Below, in pieces: positions 29,907 to 38,934 of a stretch of 64,000 nt of DNA (the stretch's first letter is position 1; every line of letters begins with the position of its first letter). The notes beneath the pieces were generated by a model, which worked only from the letters and a program-made list of their open reading frames with translations, did no database searches and was not told where the DNA came from. Source of the DNA: Trueperaceae bacterium (GTDB lineage Bacteria > Deinococcota > Deinococci > Deinococcales > Trueperaceae); contig CBDCDZ010000004.1 of NCBI GenBank assembly GCA_965215565.1, positions 1,984,001 through 2,048,000 of the forward strand, in the 5' to 3' direction. The position numbers were made by a program, and so were the translations under genes.

Positions 29907-31379
29907 ATGCAGACCTCCAGACGCACCTTTCTCAAGCTCAGCGGCGCAGCGCTCGCCGCTAGCCTCGTGTCGCCCGGTCTAGCTAGGGCGAACGAGAGGG
30001 CGCGGCGTGTAGACCCTGAGCTGCACCTCTTAAACCGCGTCACTTGGGGTCCGCGCCCGGAAGAGGTCAGACACGTCCGCAAGGAGGGGATGAAACGGTA
30101 TCTCGAGCGTCAACTCCACCCCGAGCGCATCGACGACGCGGAGGCGGACGCTAAGCTCCGCGAACTGCCTATTTTAGCGATGGACCGCCGCACCGCGCAC
30201 CGCTTATCGGACTACAGGAACCGCTGCCGCGACGCCCTCGTCGCGGGGATGGTGCTGCGCGCGACGCATAGCAAGCGGCAACTTTTAGAGCGCATGGTGG
30301 ACTTCTGGACGGACCACTTCAACGTGCCGAGCCGCGACCTAGAGCCCGAGGTCGTCGTCTTTCAGCGCAAAATTCGCGCTCATGCGCTCGGCACCTTTCG
30401 CGACTTACTCTTCGCTACCGCGCAGAGCCCTGCCATGCTCATCTATCTGAACAACCGGAGCAACGAGGCGGAAAACCCCAACGAGAACTACGCCCGCGAG
30501 CTTTTGGAGCTACACACCTTGGGCGTGGACGGCGGCTATAGCGAGAGCGACGTGAAAGAGGTGGCGAGGGCGCTCACGGGTTGGACCGTGGATGACCGCG
30601 CCGCGTCGGGCTTTTACTTCCGGGCGGGCACGCACGACACCGGCGAGAAGCACGTGCTGGGGCACACCCTACCGGCGGACCGGGGTATCGAAGACGGGCT
30701 GCACGTTTTAGACATCGCGGTGAATCACCCCTCCACTGCCCGCTTTCTCTGCACCAAGCTCTGCACGAAGTTCGTCTCGGACGAGCCGCCACATAACCTC
30801 GTGGAGAGCGCGGCGCGGGTGTGGGTGCGCACGGGCGGCAGCATTAAAGAGGTCTTGCGCCACATCTTTTCGTCCGAAGACTTTGCCGCGTCAGCCGGAC
30901 AAAAGCTGCGCCGTCCCCTGGAGTTTTTCGTCGGCGCACGCCGCGCGACTAGCACCGAGATACATGACGACGACAAGATGCGCAAGCTTCTGGAGGACCT
31001 CGCGCACATCCCTTACGGCTGGGAGCCGCCCGACGGCTACCCGGATACGGCGGCGGCGTGGCTGACGAGCAGCAACCTCTTGGCGCGCTGGAACGTCGCT
31101 TCGGCGCTGACGCACGAGGCGTACAGCGTCAAGGACGCGAAACTGAGCACGGAGCTTTTTGCGCGCGCCGGGCACCCTTCGAGCGTCGCCGAACTCGTGG
31201 ACAACGTGGCAAACCAGGTTTTCGCGCGCCGCTTAGAGGAGGATGAGCGCGCGCCCTTCGTCGCCTTTGCCTCGGATGATGAGGGCGGCGACGCCCCCAT
31301 CTCGCCGCACCTCTTGGCGCGCAAGCTCGCCCCCTTGTACAGCCTCATGCTCGCCTCGCCCGCGTACCAGTGGTGCTGA
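29907..31379 (+). CDS. DUF1800 family protein, Tat-exported
   Basis: SRRTFLK Tat motif; FWTDHFNV, SPAMLIYL, PNENYARELLELHTLG. Confidence 0.88.
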   Translation: MQTSRRTFLKLSGAALAASLVSPGLARANERARRVDPELHLLNRVTWGPRPEEVRHVRKEGMKRYLERQLHPERIDDAEADAKLRELPILAMDRRTAHRLSDYRNRCRDALVAGMVLRATHSKRQLLERMVDFWTDHFNVPSRDLEPEVVVFQRKIRAHALGTFRDLLFATAQSPAMLIYLNNRSNEAENPNENYARELLELHTLGVDGGYSESDVKEVARALTGWTVDDRAASGFYFRAGTHDTGEKHVLGHTLPADRGIEDGLHVLDIAVNHPSTARFLCTKLCTKFVSDEPPHNLVESAARVWVRTGGSIKEVLRHIFSSEDFAASAGQKLRRPLEFFVGARRATSTEIHDDDKMRKLLEDLAHIPYGWEPPDGYPDTAAAWLTSSNLLARWNVASALTHEAYSVKDAKLSTELFARAGHPSSVAELVDNVANQVFARRLEEDERAPFVAFASDDEGGDAPISPHLLARKLAPLYSLMLASPAYQWC

Positions 31380-31594
31380 GTCGTGAAGGGCGTGACCCAA
31401 GTTCTTCCTGTGATACTCGAAAGGGTGAACTGTGGGTTCATCTCGAGCGTTCCTGACATCACGTGCCGAACTTGTTTCGCTCGGCGAGGCGTAACCTCTT
31501 AATCCAGGTCAGCTTGACGTTCGAGGATACGTCACCACTAGAGAGAATTTCGCTTAGGACAGCCCCTCGCGCGGCGCGTGAAAGGAAGTAAACC

Positions 31595-32875
31595 GTGAAT
31601 AGGCGCGACCTCTTGACGAATTTGGGCACGCTCGGCGTGAGCCGCGCCCTCTTGCCCCACTGGACGCCGCAGCTCGCCTTTCGCTCACCCCAGACGGTGA
31701 GCGCCGCCCCCGGCGACACCCTCATCTGCATCTTTTTGCGTGGCGGCGTGGACGGCCTTAGCGCAGTTGTGCCTTACGGCGAAGGCAGCCACCTCTACGA
31801 CGCTAGACCGACACAGCGCGTCAGAGAGCCCGGCAGCGCGGCGGGGAGCGCGCTCGACCTAGACGGTTTTTTCGGCTTTCACCCGGCCTTGGAGCCCCTA
31901 GCCGACCTCTACCGCGGCGGCGAATTGGGCGTTGTGCACGCGGTAGGCAGCACCGACCCCTCGAGATCGCATTTCGACGCGATGCAGTTCATGGAGAACG
32001 GCACGCCCGGCACCAAGATGACCAATACGGGCTGGCTCGGGCGGCACTTGAAGAGCGCGGCGTGGCAGAACAGCTCGCCTTTTCGCGCCGTAGGCATGGG
32101 CGCGATGCTGCCCGCCTCGCTGCGCGGCGGCACCCCGCTTTCGCTGCGCTCGATTGCGGACTTCCACCTGCGCGGACGCCACGGCGAGGTGCAGCGCATG
32201 GAGCGGATGCTCGCGGACCTCTACACCCTCCATATGCCGGACGAGAGGCTGGGACCACAAGCTGATCTCGTCTTCGAGACGGTGGAGATGTTGGACGCGC
32301 TCGAGACGCACACCTATCAGCCTGCGGGCGGCGCGTCCTACCCGGACGACCATCACGGCTTCGGCAGGGGTCTCTCACAGATCGCACAGCTCATCAAAGC
32401 GGAAGTGGGCTTGGAGGTGGCGTGCTTGGACTTAGGCGGTTGGGACACGCACGAAGAACAGGGCACCTTGGACGGCACCTTCAACTACCTCTTGGACACG
32501 CTGGCACGCGGCTTAGAGGCGCTCTACACCGACTTGGGCGACAAGATGAAGCGCATTACAGTTCTCACCATGAGCGAATTTGGGCGGCGCGTGCAGGAGA
32601 ACGCGAGCGCGGGCACCGACCACGGACACGGCAACGTGATGATGCTCATGGGCGGCGGCGTGAGGGGGGGGCAGGTCTACAGCAAGTGGCCCACCCTCAC
32701 CGCAGACGCCCTTAGTGACGGCGATTTAGCTATTACGACGGACTACCGCGACGTGCTGGCGGACGTCGTCTCGCAGCGCCTTAACAACGACAAGCTGGAC
32801 GAGATTTTTCCAGGGCACAGCGTGACTTCGCTCGGGCTCGTCGACCCCTTAGAAACGGAGGAGGCGCGTGCTTAG
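31595..32875 (+). CDS. DUF1501 family protein
   Basis: NRRDLL Tat-like motif; FLRGGVDGL, RSHFDA, GGWDTH, SEFGRR..EN..GTDHGHG. Confidence 0.88.
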   Translation: MNRRDLLTNLGTLGVSRALLPHWTPQLAFRSPQTVSAAPGDTLICIFLRGGVDGLSAVVPYGEGSHLYDARPTQRVREPGSAAGSALDLDGFFGFHPALEPLADLYRGGELGVVHAVGSTDPSRSHFDAMQFMENGTPGTKMTNTGWLGRHLKSAAWQNSSPFRAVGMGAMLPASLRGGTPLSLRSIADFHLRGRHGEVQRMERMLADLYTLHMPDERLGPQADLVFETVEMLDALETHTYQPAGGASYPDDHHGFGRGLSQIAQLIKAEVGLEVACLDLGGWDTHEEQGTLDGTFNYLLDTLARGLEALYTDLGDKMKRITVLTMSEFGRRVQENASAGTDHGHGNVMMLMGGGVRGGQVYSKWPTLTADALSDGDLAITTDYRDVLADVVSQRLNNDKLDEIFPGHSVTSLGLVDPLETEEARA

Positions 32876-33662
32876 GTCCTTGCGGCAAGGAGGACGTTAC
32901 CTTCTTTTTACATTGCTCCTCACCTGTTTTCTTGGTGTTTTGGCGCAGGAGGAGTCGGGCGGGAGCGCTGAATCTTATGACGAAAGAAGAGCGCGGCTCA
33001 TTGCGCTAGTGGCAGAAACCGAGGACTTCGCGGACTGGCTCTCGGACTACGAGGGTTGGCAGGGCAGGGCGTGGCCCAAAGAGGAGGACGACGAGGACGG
33101 GCTCTGGTACGTCGAATTCAAGGACGAGGACGACGAGGAGTGGCTCGGCTACGCCGACGTGGACGTAGCGGGCAACATCGAGAACGCCTTTATTCCGCGC
33201 CCGCTGCCTGACAATGAACTCACTGAGGGCAGCGCGCGCGTGCGCGAACTCGTCCTGGCGGACCCCGAAGTCGCGGCGCGCCTGACCGATCCGCTCCTCT
33301 GGAACATCGAGGTGAACTACGACCGCTTCGACGTGAATTGGGACGTGAACTTCTATAGAGGTTTGGAGCACCTGCGCGTGATTGCGAAACTCCAAGACGA
33401 TGAATTCTATATCGAAGAGGTCCGCAACGAGCGCACCTTTGGCGAAGAGGACGCGGTGGAATACGCCAAAGATGAGGCCGTTCGTCTAGCATATGAAGAG
33501 GTAGGCGACGCTTTAGAAGGACTGGACGACTGGCGCACCTATGTGGAGCATCAGGGCGGCGCTACATGGAGCGTGTCGTTCGTAGCGGGCGAGACGGAGC
33601 GGTTTTACGCGCTGGTGGATGTGGAGGGCGAGCAGGTGTTGGAAAGTTACGCGCGGGAGTAG
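32868..33662 (+). CDS. Acidic exported hypothetical protein with three internal repeats
   Basis: Signal peptide; repeated W.V.F motif (WYVEF, WDVNF, WSVSF); overlaps the DUF1501 stop. Confidence 0.65.
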   Translation: MLRSLRQGGRYLLFTLLLTCFLGVLAQEESGGSAESYDERRARLIALVAETEDFADWLSDYEGWQGRAWPKEEDDEDGLWYVEFKDEDDEEWLGYADVDVAGNIENAFIPRPLPDNELTEGSARVRELVLADPEVAARLTDPLLWNIEVNYDRFDVNWDVNFYRGLEHLRVIAKLQDDEFYIEEVRNERTFGEEDAVEYAKDEAVRLAYEEVGDALEGLDDWRTYVEHQGGATWSVSFVAGETERFYALVDVEGEQVLESYARE

Positions 33663-33789
33663 TCAGCGCCGTTTGCTCGGCTCGAGACTACCACCCAAAC
33701 TATTCCAGCGGGTATTATCACAGGTGTTATTGAGACTATGACGGCTCGAGACCGTATGGTTCATTCTTAGAGAGCGTACCAAGAGGTGC

Positions 33790-34935
33790 TTGTTGACTAC
33801 CAAAAACGCCAAACTGAGCTTAAACCTGGACGCTTTGGAAGAGGCCGCCGCGCAGCGCATGGGCGTCGCCGACTTCGGCTCCTCTCACTACCGGACAGGT
33901 TTGGAGAGGCTCCTTTCGTCTGCCAAAGAAGACGCAGGGCTCAACGCCCAGGGCGAGATGGTCTTGAGCCGTTTGATTTTGAACGCCTTGGAGAACCGCC
34001 TCGCCTTTGTAGCTGCGCGGAAGTCACCGGAGCGTTTTGCAGCGACTTCGCGGCCACCGCTTATCGTCATGGGGCTGCCACGCACCGGCACGACGCACCT
34101 GCACAGGCTCCTCGCCTCAGACGCACGCCACCGCGCCGCGCCCTTCTGGGAGGTGGTTTCGCCGCTGCCCCGTGACGCTCAGGATTCTCCGGCGCGCAGG
34201 GAGCAAAGGGCGAACGAATTTTTAGACTTGCTTGGCTGGTCCAACCCTGACATTGCCCATCACATCGAGGCTGACTTACCCGAGGAGTGCCGCTACATGC
34301 TGAGCATGACCTTCGAAAGCGCTCTCTTTTGGGATGTCGCGTCGGTTTACGGGTATCTCGAATGGTACGAGGCGCAAGACAGGCGGGAGAAGTACCGGGA
34401 GTACGCAGACGTGCTCAGGGCCTTGCAACAGCGACAACCCGACAAGAGGTTGGTCTTGAAAGAACCTGCACATACGGATGCGTTGGACGCGCTGCTCGAG
34501 GCTGTCCCCGACGCCCTCATCGTCCAAACCCACCGCGCTCCCGAAGACCAGTGCGCGAGCTGGTGCAGCTTAAACCACAAGACGCGTGAAATCGGGACGG
34601 ACACCTTGGCACGAGCACCCGGCACGCGGGCGAACTTAGACCTCTTGGAGACGATGATCGAAAGGAACTTGCGCTCGCGAGAGCAGTATCCGGGGCGCGT
34701 GTACGACGTTCGCTACGCCGACTTGGTGAGTGACCCTATTGGTGTGGTCAAAGGGATTTACGCGCACTACGGGCTCGAGGTCACTTCTGAGCTAAGCGAT
34801 TCGTTAGAGCGCTATGTCAAGGAGAATCCGCAACATAAGCACGGCAAACACAAATACAGCTTGGAGGATTTCGGGCTGAGCGCGTCCGATATTCAGCGCC
34901 GTTTTGGAGACTACGCTGCGGAATTTGTGGACTGA
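33790..34935 (+). CDS. Sulfotransferase family protein
   Basis: 5'-PSB motif GLPRTGTTHL, LKEPAH, QTHR, YADLVSDP, HGKHKYSLEDFGL. Confidence 0.88.
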   Translation: MLTTKNAKLSLNLDALEEAAAQRMGVADFGSSHYRTGLERLLSSAKEDAGLNAQGEMVLSRLILNALENRLAFVAARKSPERFAATSRPPLIVMGLPRTGTTHLHRLLASDARHRAAPFWEVVSPLPRDAQDSPARREQRANEFLDLLGWSNPDIAHHIEADLPEECRYMLSMTFESALFWDVASVYGYLEWYEAQDRREKYREYADVLRALQQRQPDKRLVLKEPAHTDALDALLEAVPDALIVQTHRAPEDQCASWCSLNHKTREIGTDTLARAPGTRANLDLLETMIERNLRSREQYPGRVYDVRYADLVSDPIGVVKGIYAHYGLEVTSELSDSLERYVKENPQHKHGKHKYSLEDFGLSASDIQRRFGDYAAEFVD

Positions 34936-34986
34936 CGCCGTTCATCAGCGTCAGCGCTCTTATCCCTAAACCGAGTCAAAGGCGTT

Positions 34987-35200
34987 ATACGGATTCCGAT
35001 TGATTACTGCATAAACTCCTTCGGAGTTGATTCCGTAATCATCGGAATCCGTAGCTCTTTATTCTCGCAAAGGAGCCTTCAGCCGGGGCTGATAAGCTTA
35101 ACGACGACGCGCGTAGCTTCAAAGATGATACCTCTGGCTGAAGACTCTTCCGCTCGGGTTAAACACGAAATAAAGTTTCGTGTTTAACCGGAAACGGTAT
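34987..35200 (+). mobile_element. Family-2 palindromic element with nested insert
   Basis: ATACGGATTCCGATTGATTACTGCATAAACTCCTTCG...CCGGAAACGGTAT; homologous to 28402-28538 plus about 78 extra bp. Confidence 0.8.
35071..35149. mobile_element. Nested miniature element (family 3) with ~16-bp imperfect TIRs
   Basis: AGGAGCCTTCAGCCGG ... CTGGCTGAAGACTCTT; absent from the sister copy at 28402. Confidence 0.6.
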
Positions 35201-35685
35201 TACACGCCGGGTAACTCAACCGCACTCGGGAAGTCCGGGAAGAGGTTGGAGCTGTCTATTTCGCCGCGGTGGTTGAAGAAGGTGACGCGCCCTTCCAAGC
35301 TGCACGTCCACACCTCCTTCGCACCTTTCGCAAGGTAGAGATGGCGCTTTAGCGCCATCTCCGCGTCTGAGTTGGAGGGCGAAACGATTTCAACACAGAG
35401 TTCCGGTGCAATACCGAAGGGCGTTTCCAGGCCATTTTGAGAAAAGAAGTCGGCTGAAATCCACACAACATCAGCCACCTTGACTCCCTTCGAGGTTCTC
35501 AAGGAACATTCTGAAATGACAACGCCTCCACTTTTCAACCGAGTAAGAAGAAATGCAATCGCTGTTTGTATAGCACCGTGCAGGTTAGAAGCAGGGCTCA
35601 TAACGACGTTGCCCCATTCGTTAAGCTCAATCTTGAAGGGAAGATTTTGCAGCGTCTCATCTTTGATAACCTCTGACCATTCCAT
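35200..35685 (-). CDS. Uma2 family (PD-(D/E)XK) endonuclease-like protein
   Basis: MSPASNLHG, KVADVVW, APELCVEIVSPSN, K..LYLAKGAKEVW. Confidence 0.88.
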   Translation of the reverse strand: MEWSEVIKDETLQNLPFKIELNEWGNVVMSPASNLHGAIQTAIAFLLTRLKSGGVVISECSLRTSKGVKVADVVWISADFFSQNGLETPFGIAPELCVEIVSPSNSDAEMALKRHLYLAKGAKEVWTCSLEGRVTFFNHRGEIDSSNLFPDFPSAVELPGV

Positions 35686-35761
35686 ACGTCTATTCTACTC
35701 GAGTTCTCCCCACCTACACCTCTTTAGTAGCGAAACACACACCCCTCTTGAAAAAATGTTA

Positions 35762-35767
35762 TATACT
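35762..35767 (+). promoter_or_regulatory. Putative -10 box of the candidate small RNA
   Basis: TATACT in an AT-rich context about 12 nt upstream of the anti-16S motif. Confidence 0.45.
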
Positions 35768-35773
35768 TTTCTT

Positions 35774-35944
35774 ACCACAGAAAGGAGGTGGTCCGAATTT
35801 TACAAAATGACATGACCAGTGGAGGTACCCGCCGAGGGTAACTGACCATGTCCCGGACTGAGGGACTTTCGCTAAAGAGTTGTTTATCCTCAGTACCAGG
35901 CGGGCACCGACAGCCTCGAGATCGTCTCGAGGCTGTTTCCTTTT
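35774..35944 (+). ncRNA. Candidate structured small RNA (or micro-peptide mRNA) of unknown family
   Basis: -10 box, AGAAAGGAGGTGGTCC, nested stems 35824-35833/35899-35908 and 35857-35863/35888-35894, intrinsic terminator; both neighbouring genes are on the minus strand. Confidence 0.55.
35910..35944 (+). terminator. Intrinsic terminator
   Basis: ACAGCCTCGAGA-TCG-TCTCGAGGCTGT followed by TTCCTTTT. Confidence 0.7.
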
Positions 35945-36062
35945 GCCCTTGTCGTTTGGCGGTGTACCACGTTTTGCGTGTGGCGTTGCGCTAATATTTA
36001 TGAGAGAGGTAGCTCGGTCCCCGCATGGACGCAAAACGGGACACCTCAGACCTCTTGTACTT

Positions 36063-36518
36063 TTAGAGCGTTAAATTGTACGTATAGAAAGACGTGTCTT
36101 TCTTCCACCCGAGCGCTTCATAAAGTTTTTGCGCTTGCTCATTCGTGACCTCCGTCGCAAGCATCAGCCGCGCCGCGCCCGTTTCTTTTCCGAAACTCGC
36201 CGCACGCTCCATGAGCACTTTTGCTACCCCTTTACGCCTTGCCTGCTCCGTTACGAAGAGGTCATTCAAAATCCAAATCTGCGCCATCAAGACGGACGAA
36301 AACGAGGGGTAGAGCTGCGCAAAGCCGGCGGGTTTACCGTCTGAAAACGCGATGAAAACGACCGAATCCCCTTGCGAGAGCCGCTCGTACAAAAACGCCT
36401 TTGCCCCCGACGTGTCGGAGGCTTGGCGGTAGAACTGCCTGTAACCGTCGAAAAGTTGCGTGAGTTCATCTAAGTGCTGGAGTCCAGCTTGGACGACCTT
36501 TAAGTCTGAATCAGCCAC
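36063..36518 (-). CDS. GNAT N-acetyltransferase
   Basis: LFDGYRQFY, GFAQLYPSFSS, WILNDLFV..ARRKGVA, AQKLYEALGW. Confidence 0.9.
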   Translation of the reverse strand: MADSDLKVVQAGLQHLDELTQLFDGYRQFYRQASDTSGAKAFLYERLSQGDSVVFIAFSDGKPAGFAQLYPSFSSVLMAQIWILNDLFVTEQARRKGVAKVLMERAASFGKETGAARLMLATEVTNEQAQKLYEALGWKKDTSFYTYNLTL

Positions 36519-37089
36519 GTCTTCCTAGCAGTTTCCAGGCGGTGGGTAGGAGGCTCGAGGCTAAGAGTAGCTTGAGCACGTCTCCAGGGATGAAAGGATA
36601 CAGTCCGGCTTGCAAGGTTGCTTGCGCACTCGGCGTAAGCTGAGAGAGCCACAAAAGTCCGGGGATGTAGATGACGATGTTACCTAAAAGCATGGCGAGC
36701 GCGGTGGTGGAGAAACGCCTGTCCAGGCCTCTTTGTGCTAAATAGCCAACTAGAGCAGCAGCGAGAAGGTAGCCGAAGAGGTAGCCTCCCGTTGCGCCCG
36801 TCATGTACGACCAGCCTGCACCACCCGAAAAGACCCCTAGACCAAGTCCGCCTGCAATAAGGTAAAGGACCATCGTTAGGCTGCCGAGCTTGAGACCATA
36901 CGCCGCACCAATCAGTAGAACACCGAAAGTGGCTCCGGTAATAGGCACGGGACCAATCTCAAAACGAACGTGGGCGAGGAGCGCCATCAGCGCGACACCG
37001 AGCGCGAGCTGCAAGGGGATGCGCAAGGCGTCTTGGCGAATGGGGATGAGGCGGTGGATAAGGGGACGGGCGAGGGTTGGACTTGTCAT
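36511..37089 (-). CDS. bioY: Biotin transporter BioY
   Basis: PVPITGAT, GATGGYLFG, PFIPGDVLK; AGGAGG RBS before ATG at 37089. Confidence 0.9.
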   Translation of the reverse strand: MTSPTLARPLIHRLIPIRQDALRIPLQLALGVALMALLAHVRFEIGPVPITGATFGVLLIGAAYGLKLGSLTMVLYLIAGGLGLGVFSGGAGWSYMTGATGGYLFGYLLAAALVGYLAQRGLDRRFSTTALAMLLGNIVIYIPGLLWLSQLTPSAQATLQAGLYPFIPGDVLKLLLASSLLPTAWKLLGRRG

Positions 37090-37142
37090 TGAAGGACCTC
37101 CTAAAGTCTGTTTTGCAAAATCTTCCAAAGTTACTGAGCTTG

Positions 37143-37227
37143 TATCGCGCAGATATCATCTCAATAGCGTGAATCCAAGTCAGCGTCTTCTCGAGTGAAT
37201 ACGTCGCTGACCAGATGATACCTGCTA
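37143..37227 (-). mobile_element. Family-1 element, short copy G, in the bioY upstream region
   Basis: GCTGACCAGATGATACCTGCTA ending at 37227; distal part aligns with copy C. Confidence 0.65.
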
Positions 37228-37365
37228 TAAAGCGAGAGCCAGTATAACGTCAAAGTACTTCGCCGTCTAAGCCCGTTCTATTAAGGTGCAACACATAGCG
37301 TGCCATAACGTTCTCGGTGACACGTCAGCTTAGTTAGCGAAGCAGCCTTGTTATGATTTACAAAG

Positions 37366-37968
37366 ATGAATAAACCTCTTGTCTTTGTCACCGTTACGCT
37401 GCTCATGTTCATCCCTCACGCCCTTGCTCAAACCTGCGACTATCAGCCGTCCATACCCCAAACCGCTGAAGAGCGCGAAGAGGCGGCGCGGCGGCAGCGT
37501 TACCGCGAGCGGCTCTCTATGTATCAGGCGATGCTCCCGAACACGCCGGCGGCGCAACTCCTCATGCCCGTGACAGGCGTGCGCGTCGCTGAGGTTGCAG
37601 ACACGTGGGGCGCACCGAGAGGGGGCGGCAGAACGCACGAAGGTCAAGACATCTTCGCGCCGCGCGGCACGCCGATTTACGCCGCGGCGTCCGGCTACAT
37701 CTACCGCATCGGCACGGGCAGCTTGGGCGGCAAGCTCGTGTTCGTCGCCGGGGCGGGCGGCAGGCGCTACTACTACGCGCATCTGGACGACTGGGCAGAC
37801 ATCGAAGAGGGGATGTACGTCACGACGGACACGGTATTAGGCTTTGTGGGTAACAGCGGTAACGCCGTGACCACGCCGCCGCACCTGCATTTTGGGGTGT
37901 ATAGCGGCTCGAGGCGCACCTGCGACCGAGAGGTCATCGACCCGCTGCCACTCCTCGTAGACCGCTAA
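37366..37968 (+). CDS. M23 family metallopeptidase
   Basis: Signal peptide; HEGQDIFA, YYAHL, PPHLHFG. Confidence 0.9.
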   Translation: MNKPLVFVTVTLLMFIPHALAQTCDYQPSIPQTAEEREEAARRQRYRERLSMYQAMLPNTPAAQLLMPVTGVRVAEVADTWGAPRGGGRTHEGQDIFAPRGTPIYAAASGYIYRIGTGSLGGKLVFVAGAGGRRYYYAHLDDWADIEEGMYVTTDTVLGFVGNSGNAVTTPPHLHFGVYSGSRRTCDREVIDPLPLLVDR

Positions 37969-38085
37969 GAATTTGAGCACGCACCGTTCGGGGTAGGCTG
38001 CGCACACAATCACGCTTAAAACCTTGCTTCGATACGCCCGGTTCCCCTTACATCCCCTCAGAATTAGGCTGACTATACTAACCGC

Positions 38086-38583
38086 ATGTCAGAACCTGCA
38101 AACACAGCACCACTAAAGGTATGCACCTCCGAATGGGTCAGCACGGTGGACCTCGTCTTTCCCAACCAGGTCAACCCGCTGGGCACGCTCTTCGGTGGGC
38201 GGGTCTTGGAGCTGATGGATATCAACTCGAGCATCGCCTGTTGGCGCTTCTGCCGAATGCCCGCCGTGACCGCTTCGACGGAGCCCGTGGACTTTCGCAA
38301 CCCCATCTACGTGGGTGACATCATCGAAGTGAAGAGCCGAGTAGCGTATGCGGGGCGCAGCAGCATGATCGTTAGAACGGAAGTCTACAGCGAAAACCCG
38401 TCAGAAGGCGAGCGCAAGCTCTGCACGATCGGACACATGAGCTTCGTCGCCATCGGCGAGGACAAGAAGCCGCGCCCCGTGCCAGACCTGCGCGTCGAGA
38501 CGGACGCCGAGCGCCGCCATTTTGAAATTGCCAAAGAGGTCAAAGAGGGCATTGCGAGGAGGCGGGCGCAGCCGATGGCGTAG
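38086..38583 (+). CDS. Acyl-CoA thioesterase (hotdog fold)
   Basis: VFPNQVNPLGTLFGG..MD, VTAS, GRSSM. Confidence 0.9.
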   Translation: MSEPANTAPLKVCTSEWVSTVDLVFPNQVNPLGTLFGGRVLELMDINSSIACWRFCRMPAVTASTEPVDFRNPIYVGDIIEVKSRVAYAGRSSMIVRTEVYSENPSEGERKLCTIGHMSFVAIGEDKKPRPVPDLRVETDAERRHFEIAKEVKEGIARRRAQPMA

Positions 38584-38934
38584 CGTTTTAAGCGGTCAGT
38601 AGCTAGGAGTCAAAACCGCTCTTTTGAAAAGCTGGCGCGTTTACGAAGTTTTCCTTCGGGAACTAGCTCGACTAGATTAAGCGTAAAGGCTTGCCTAACT
38701 ACTGAACACTGCCTCTTGACGGCTTATCTATCTGCCTAATGCTCCGTTCAACCGTCAAACAGCGGTCACTTTGCAAGCTAACGAAACGTTTGAGGCTCGA
38801 GCCGCGATTAAGGTAAGCGTGTAAGGGGGTTAGCTTACAAATCAGCTCAGTACAAGATGATTGGTACAGATTGGTACAAGGTGAGACGAAACACCGCCGC
38901 TCGAAAAGCGTAAAGTATTTCACAGGAGGAGAAC

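Noticed and set aside
31475..31494. Additional hairpin + CGTAA micro-insertion between DUF1800 and DUF1501
   Set aside because: Lacks the ACT part of the tail and has no empty-site comparison; left out of the count.
35759..36074. ORFs 35759-36034(-) and 35880-36074(+)
   Set aside because: No motifs or coding bias; they cross the terminator of the candidate RNA.
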